From assembly GCF_009914755.1 (NCBI RefSeq), contig NC_060931.1: a stretch of 64,000 nucleotides of DNA; one strand, given 5' to 3'. Both the position numbers and the translations under genes were made by a program. The notes beneath the pieces were generated by a model. It did no database searches and was not told the origin of the DNA. It saw only the letters and a program-made list of their open reading frames with translations. The stretch's first letter is position 1. Each line of letters starts with the position of its first letter. Source of the stretch: the human T2T-CHM13v2.0 reference genome, Homo sapiens. Positions 56,171-64,000 of this stretch are shown here, in pieces.

Positions 56171-56934
56171 ATGAGCTTTGATACTTTGCTACTACATTAC
56201 TACAACCCTAAAGGTTTCATCATGCCTCTTGCCAATCAGTTCCCTACCCCGCAACCTCCTAGAGATAACCATTGTGATTCTTTTGTTCTACTACAGTTTT
56301 CCTTGTTCTAGAAGATCATATAAATGGAATCAAACATTGTATACTTCATGGCAGTATTGCCTAAAAAGGGAAACATTGCCTGTAACTCTTCAGGGAATGC
56401 AAAGTTTTTCCATGGATTATAAAAGAAATCCCTTGGAGGGTTTCACATAAAGGACACAGAGATATGTAGATAATATTTTCAGCAACATTGCCAGAGCAAA
56501 TTAAGCAAAGGCATTCGTATGACCATTTCCTTTTGAAATTACTAAGACATAATGCTGACATGAAACTCACTGCAAGCGCTTTTACATAGGAGAGACATAC
56601 TGTCCAAAGACATAGCTTTCTGGTGGTCTGGGTTGATTTAAGAGTCAAACCTAGAGAAATGAATGGTTGGGATGATCTTCACTTTCCACAAAGGGCACTT
56701 TTCTCAGCCAGGTGTCAGTAACACATGCACAGCATCCATTTCAAGGTGCTTTCTTGCTTCAGTGCAGGTAACCTATGGTGTCAGTTAAGGCGAAAGCCAC
56801 CAAATTTGGAGATCAAATAAGAGGTAACTGAGAAAATATATGTCGTGTTAATGTTAGCTGTGCAATTTTTTCTCAAAGGTGGTATAAGAGAATATCTGAA
56901 GGCAAAGGAAGATTCTTTAAAAACCAACAAAACA

Positions 56935-57240
56935 GGCGGGACGCGGTGGCTCCCATCTGTAATCCCAGCACTTTGGGAGGCTGAGGCAGGCAGATCACTT
57001 GAGGCCAAGAGTTCAAGACCAGCCTGGCCAACATGGTGAAACCCCATCTCTACTAAAAATACAAAAGTAATCCAGGTGTGATGGTACGTGATTGTAATCC
57101 CAGCTACTCCGGAGGCTGAGGCACAAGAATTGCTTGAATCCAGGAGATGAAGGTTGCAGTGATCGCGCCACTGCACTCCAGCTTGGGTGACAGAGCGAGA
57201 CCCTTTCTCAAAAAATAAATAAGTAAAAATAAATAATAAA
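56935..57240 (+). mobile_element. AluS
   Basis: Alu consensus. Confidence 0.9.
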
Positions 57241-57389
57241 CTAAAACAACAGCATAGCTGTGGTTCCACTCCAAGAGAAGCTCAGGTCCCCATAGTCCTA
57301 CACTACCTGTTCATCCTTAACGGCTCTGATGGCTAATAGTCATATGTTTATTAGTCATTGATTAATGGATTGATGGATTTATCAAAGGT

Positions 57390-58506
57390 TACTTGTTGAT
57401 GTCATTCAGTCTCTTGACTTTAAATACCAAGCTATATGCTGACCACTCCAAAATTTTTATTTCTAACTTAACTTGCAAATTCATATATCCATTTGCCTCT
57501 CTGACATTTCCACTTAAAAGGTAGTTCAACTTGTGTCCAAAACTGAATTCCTGATCCTGAATTCCTGGTCTCTGAAGCCTTTTCTTTCCTAACTCAGAAA
57601 ATAGCAACTTTTCTTCCCAGCTAGTAAAGTCAGAAACCTCTGTGTCATCTTAGACCATTTTCTTGCCTCATGCTGCACATCCAGTCTGCGAGCAAGTCTT
57701 GGTGGCTCTACCTTCAAAATATATCCTGGGCCTAACCAGTTTTCACCACCTCCACTGCGGTCATCTTGTTCTAAGCTACCATGCTCTCTGCTGGGATCAT
57801 TGCAGTAGCAGACTGAGTTTATTTCCATCCTTCTTCCTCATAGTCTATTTTCAATACTACAGCCAGAGTGACCTTTTAAAAATATAAACAGTGGCCAGGC
57901 CGGGCGCGGTGGCTCATGCCTGTAATCCCAGCACTTTGGGAAGTAGAGGCGGGCAGATCACAAGGTCAGGAGATCGAGACCATCCTGGCTGACACAGTGA
58001 AACTCTGTCTCTACTAAAACTACAAAAAAATTAGCCAGGTGGCCAAAACCACCCCTTGGATGCCCATTTTGTTCAGAGTCAAAGTCATCATCATGGCCTA
58101 AAGACCCCATGATCTACTGCTACCCTTGCCCTGGTGTTTTTTTTCTTGTGGCTCCTGTTACTCTTCCCTTCTTACATTTGCTTGCTCTGTTCCATGCATC
58201 CTGGCTTCCTGGCTGTACCTCACACCCGCCGGGCATGCATGACTTGCTTTCTCACCTCAGCGAGGCCTCCTCACCTCACCACCCGACTTCAAATTTTGAA
58301 TATAAGTTTAGATTGCAGTTCCTTCAACCCTGTACTCATCTTTCCCTGCTTTGTTTCTGTTTGCTTTTCTGCTCGTCTCTCTCTCCATGAGAGGGTAGAC
58401 ACCATGAGGACATACAATGTTGTCTATTTTGTTTATTGTGTTCCCATCACCTGATACCATGCCCGACAAATGCTGGGCACTCAATAAGTATTTTTTAAAT
58501 AAATGT
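57390..58506 (+). mobile_element. L2 3' portion with Alu left arm (57898-58040)
   Basis: L2 motifs (gctgaccactccaaaatttttatttc; cagccagagtgaccttttaaaa); ends ctcaataagtattttttaaataaatg. Confidence 0.78.
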
Positions 58507-58835
58507 TTGGGTCTCTCCCACCTGCTGGACCCTGCTACACACTGGGGACTCACTGCTGAATGATCCTTCTCCTCCTGGAGCATAGACTGGTATAGGAGAC
58601 ACCGTTATTGATTAACATATAGATTCGTGTACATAATTTGAGATAGAAGCTCTTGAGAAAGGAGCTTTGGTTGTAGGAGAGGATAAAATAGAAAGCTAAC
58701 AGGAGGAGTGGGGAGGCTCCTTCTTGGCCAGGTGTCAAAAGCTGGGATCTGAAAGATGAGAATTAAGTAGCTTCTGTGGTGTCGTGTCCTTTCTCTTTCC
58801 TACACTGTTTTTCTCTCTTTTAAAAATTAAAGATG

Positions 58836-61688
<2,853 letters not shown>

Positions 61689-62534
61689 TTATATGGAAAC
61701 ACACCTCCAAGAAGCAGGAAGATTTGCAAGAGGGAAAGAGAAGCAAACTCCTGACAGCAAAAATGAAAAGGAAGGACGGTATTTTCCTTCCTGGCCTTGA
61801 CAAATTAAGAGTGTGAGACCAAAAAGTGTTTCCAGCTGAATGGGCTGCAAGAGAATTCATATTGTCAGGGAAGAGCGAAAGAAGGCAGAAATATTTTTCT
61901 AAAGTTAATAGCTTATTGATCAATGAGCAGGGATTTCAGAGGACAGAGCTGAGAGGTTTTGGACAGGAAAGGAATGAGACATTAGATTTTAATGAAAAGT
62001 ACAGAGCAGTGTGGGTTCATGTGATGATCGGTGACTTAGGAAGCCTCACCTTCTGGCAGTGACAGGTAGAAGGGATGCTTCGAAGCTAATGGGATCGGTC
62101 TTGCTAGTTTCTGAGATATGGGTGGGTAGTTGGATTTCTACTCTGATTACAAAGTCTTCCCCTTCCAGTATAGCAGTGCATGAGGTGGTACCACCCTAAG
62201 GTTTTAATGTGTTGAGACTTAAAGCCTGTAGCAGAGGGTGATCTAGCCGGGGTAGGCTTCCCAGTAAGGAATGTGAGATCAGTATGTTCTAATATCTTCA
62301 TACATGGCTTACTGAGGCTGGGCATATCAGCTTCCCAAGGTTTTTCAAGGTTTTGAGATTGTAAAACCCAAAGCTAGACCCTGGACCAGGTTCAATGCAC
62401 CAAGTTAAACACCCATTGTGAGGCCTTTAGTGGCCAATCAGCCACTTAGCAGCAAACTCGTCTTTGCCTTCTGTTAATCTGGACGCTGACTTTTCATCCT
62501 AGAATGGCACACTCTATTGATAGTGACATTATAC

Positions 62535-62757
62535 TGCAGTTAGCCAGCTTTTTCTGTTAAGAGCCAGAAAGCAAATACTTTAGGCTTCACGGGCCATAGG
62601 ATCGTTGCCAAACTAACTACATGACTATTCTATAATATTATAGTTTGAAAGCAGCCAGAGTAATACAAATGTAAATGGCTGTTTTCTGATTAAACTTTAT
62701 TTACAAAAACAAGCAGTGGGCTAGATTTGGCCATGAGTTGTAGTTTGCCAACCTCTA
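62535..62757 (+). mobile_element. MER58A-like hAT element
   Basis: aaactttatttacaaaaacaagcagtgggctagatttggcc...gtagtttgccaacctct. Confidence 0.75.
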
Positions 62758-63039
62758 GCCAAGTAAAACCTCCAGGGTATTCCTCACTGGAACCACTGTT
62801 AGACTTTGACAGTACACTTCATGGTAAACTTTTTATGTGACACGTGGTCTTCAAATTGGGTGAAAATCTATCTAGTAATTTTTGCAGATGTGGTAACAAA
62901 TGATGAAGTGCTTAGTTTTTATTTATATGGAATATAAATATTTGTTACTCTGTATTCTATGAATCTTTTTCTCAGCATTTGATACAGAATATTGTGTTCT
63001 TCCTTAGATTCTCCTGTACCTTCCTGTTACCGTTCTCTC

Positions 63040-63530
63040 TCCTGGTTCTCCCCCGCTTCCAGCTGTTTTCCATCACCTTCATGGGTGCTTTCCCTCCTGG
63101 TTGGTCCTTTGCTTAACTTGTGGTGTTCCCTAGTACTCCATCCGTAATCTTCCCTTTCCCTCATATTCTCCCTGAACACTCTTCTTCATGGCTATCATGT
63201 TTAGAACCATACTTCTAAATCTGCATTTCAGATCCATCTAGAAACCTTCAGGTTTTTATTTTGGGCTGCTTATTGGATGGAGTTATCTGTGTGACTTGGA
63301 GGTATGTGAAAAGTCAACATGTCAAAACTCAACTCAGTCATCTGTTCTTCCTCCTGTGTTCTTTGTCCCTTGAATGGCCTCACTATCTATTCAGTCATCC
63401 TGGAAACCCGGGAGTCAGTCATTCTTCCTCAATTCAGCCAGTTGTCAGATCCTGTCAGTCTTACTTCTTCAATCTTCGGATCCATCTTCAGTGCTCTAAA
63501 CTGTTACAGTCTCCGAGTTGGTCTCACTCT
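63040..63530 (+). mobile_element. L2 fragment
   Basis: caacatgtcaaaactcaactc; ctggaaacccgggagtca. Confidence 0.55.
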
Positions 63531-63727
63531 TTCCAGTTCTGACCCCTTCAATCTGTGTTGTATACCAATGCCACAGTGACTGTTAACCCCTCAGGCAGAA
63601 TTCAGCCTCTTCATTTGAGTCCATAGGTACTTGGTGTATTTAGTACATTATATTATGTTTCAGAGTATGATGTTTTTCCCTGTTCTTTAAGCTTCTTGAG
63701 GGTAGGGGCTGTCATTCAGTCACAAGA

Positions 63728-63818
63728 AATAGGTGTTGGAAGCAGTAAGGGCTTTGAGGTTCTCTATATGTTAGGTTGGTGCAAAACTTCAAAGCCTTTA
63801 CTGCTTGTAACACCTATT
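63728..63818 (+). repeat. 34-bp inverted repeat with 23-nt loop
   Basis: aataggtgttggaagcagtaagggctttgaggtt vs aacttcaaagcctttactgcttgtaacacctatt. Confidence 0.88.
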
Positions 63819-64000
63819 GCTTATTATATAGGATTTGATAAAATTTGAGTAAGTGCATTTTAGATTCCAAGATAAACATAATAGATTTAATGCACGTGCT
63901 TATTTCTATACCCTTAGGAAACCCCAAGGAAATGAGAGTAAAGGAATACAAGAAATTGTATAAAACCACAGGACAAAAAGAATGAGAAAATAGGCAGAGT

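Noticed and set aside
56360-56930. Repeat-free stretch as a possible snoRNA or exon 2
   Set aside because: No VKOR coding match and no convincing C/D or H/ACA architecture.
58231-58250. p53 response element (gggcatgcat gacttgcttt); also single half-sites at ~46618 and 49294
   Set aside because: The decamers are out of register by 1 nt or lack a partner. No convincing full RRRCWWGYYY x2 was found by eye; a PWM scan is needed.
63771-63786. MADE1 element
   Set aside because: Only 16 bp of one TIR match and there is no partner TIR, so it was not called as an element.

Overview
Alu-dense primate genomic DNA, almost certainly human. It contains the CpG-island promoter and first coding exon of VKORC1L1 (vitamin K epoxide reductase complex subunit 1-like 1) on the + strand: ATG at 11506, donor after 11699. 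About 11 kb of upstream sequence and more than 52 kb of intron 1 follow from that; I did not see exons 2-3. The rest is mostly transposon-derived: roughly 70 or more Alu copies or fragments, L1, L2, MIR, MaLR LTRs, hAT/Tigger DNA elements and microsatellites. Nearly all ORFs in the track are Alu or low-complexity artefacts. The best lead is an upstream ATG (11365), in frame with the VKORC1L1 ATG, that reads through an interrupted GGC repeat. It would give a 47-aa poly-glycine N-terminal extension, the same architecture as polyG repeat-expansion loci. Other leads are two long non-Alu hairpins in intron 1 (13315-13433 and 63728-63818), candidate alternative, antisense and poison exons, very closely spaced inverted Alus, and a TATA/ETS/hairpin module in intron 1. 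Repeat family names and boundaries are by eye and approximate.
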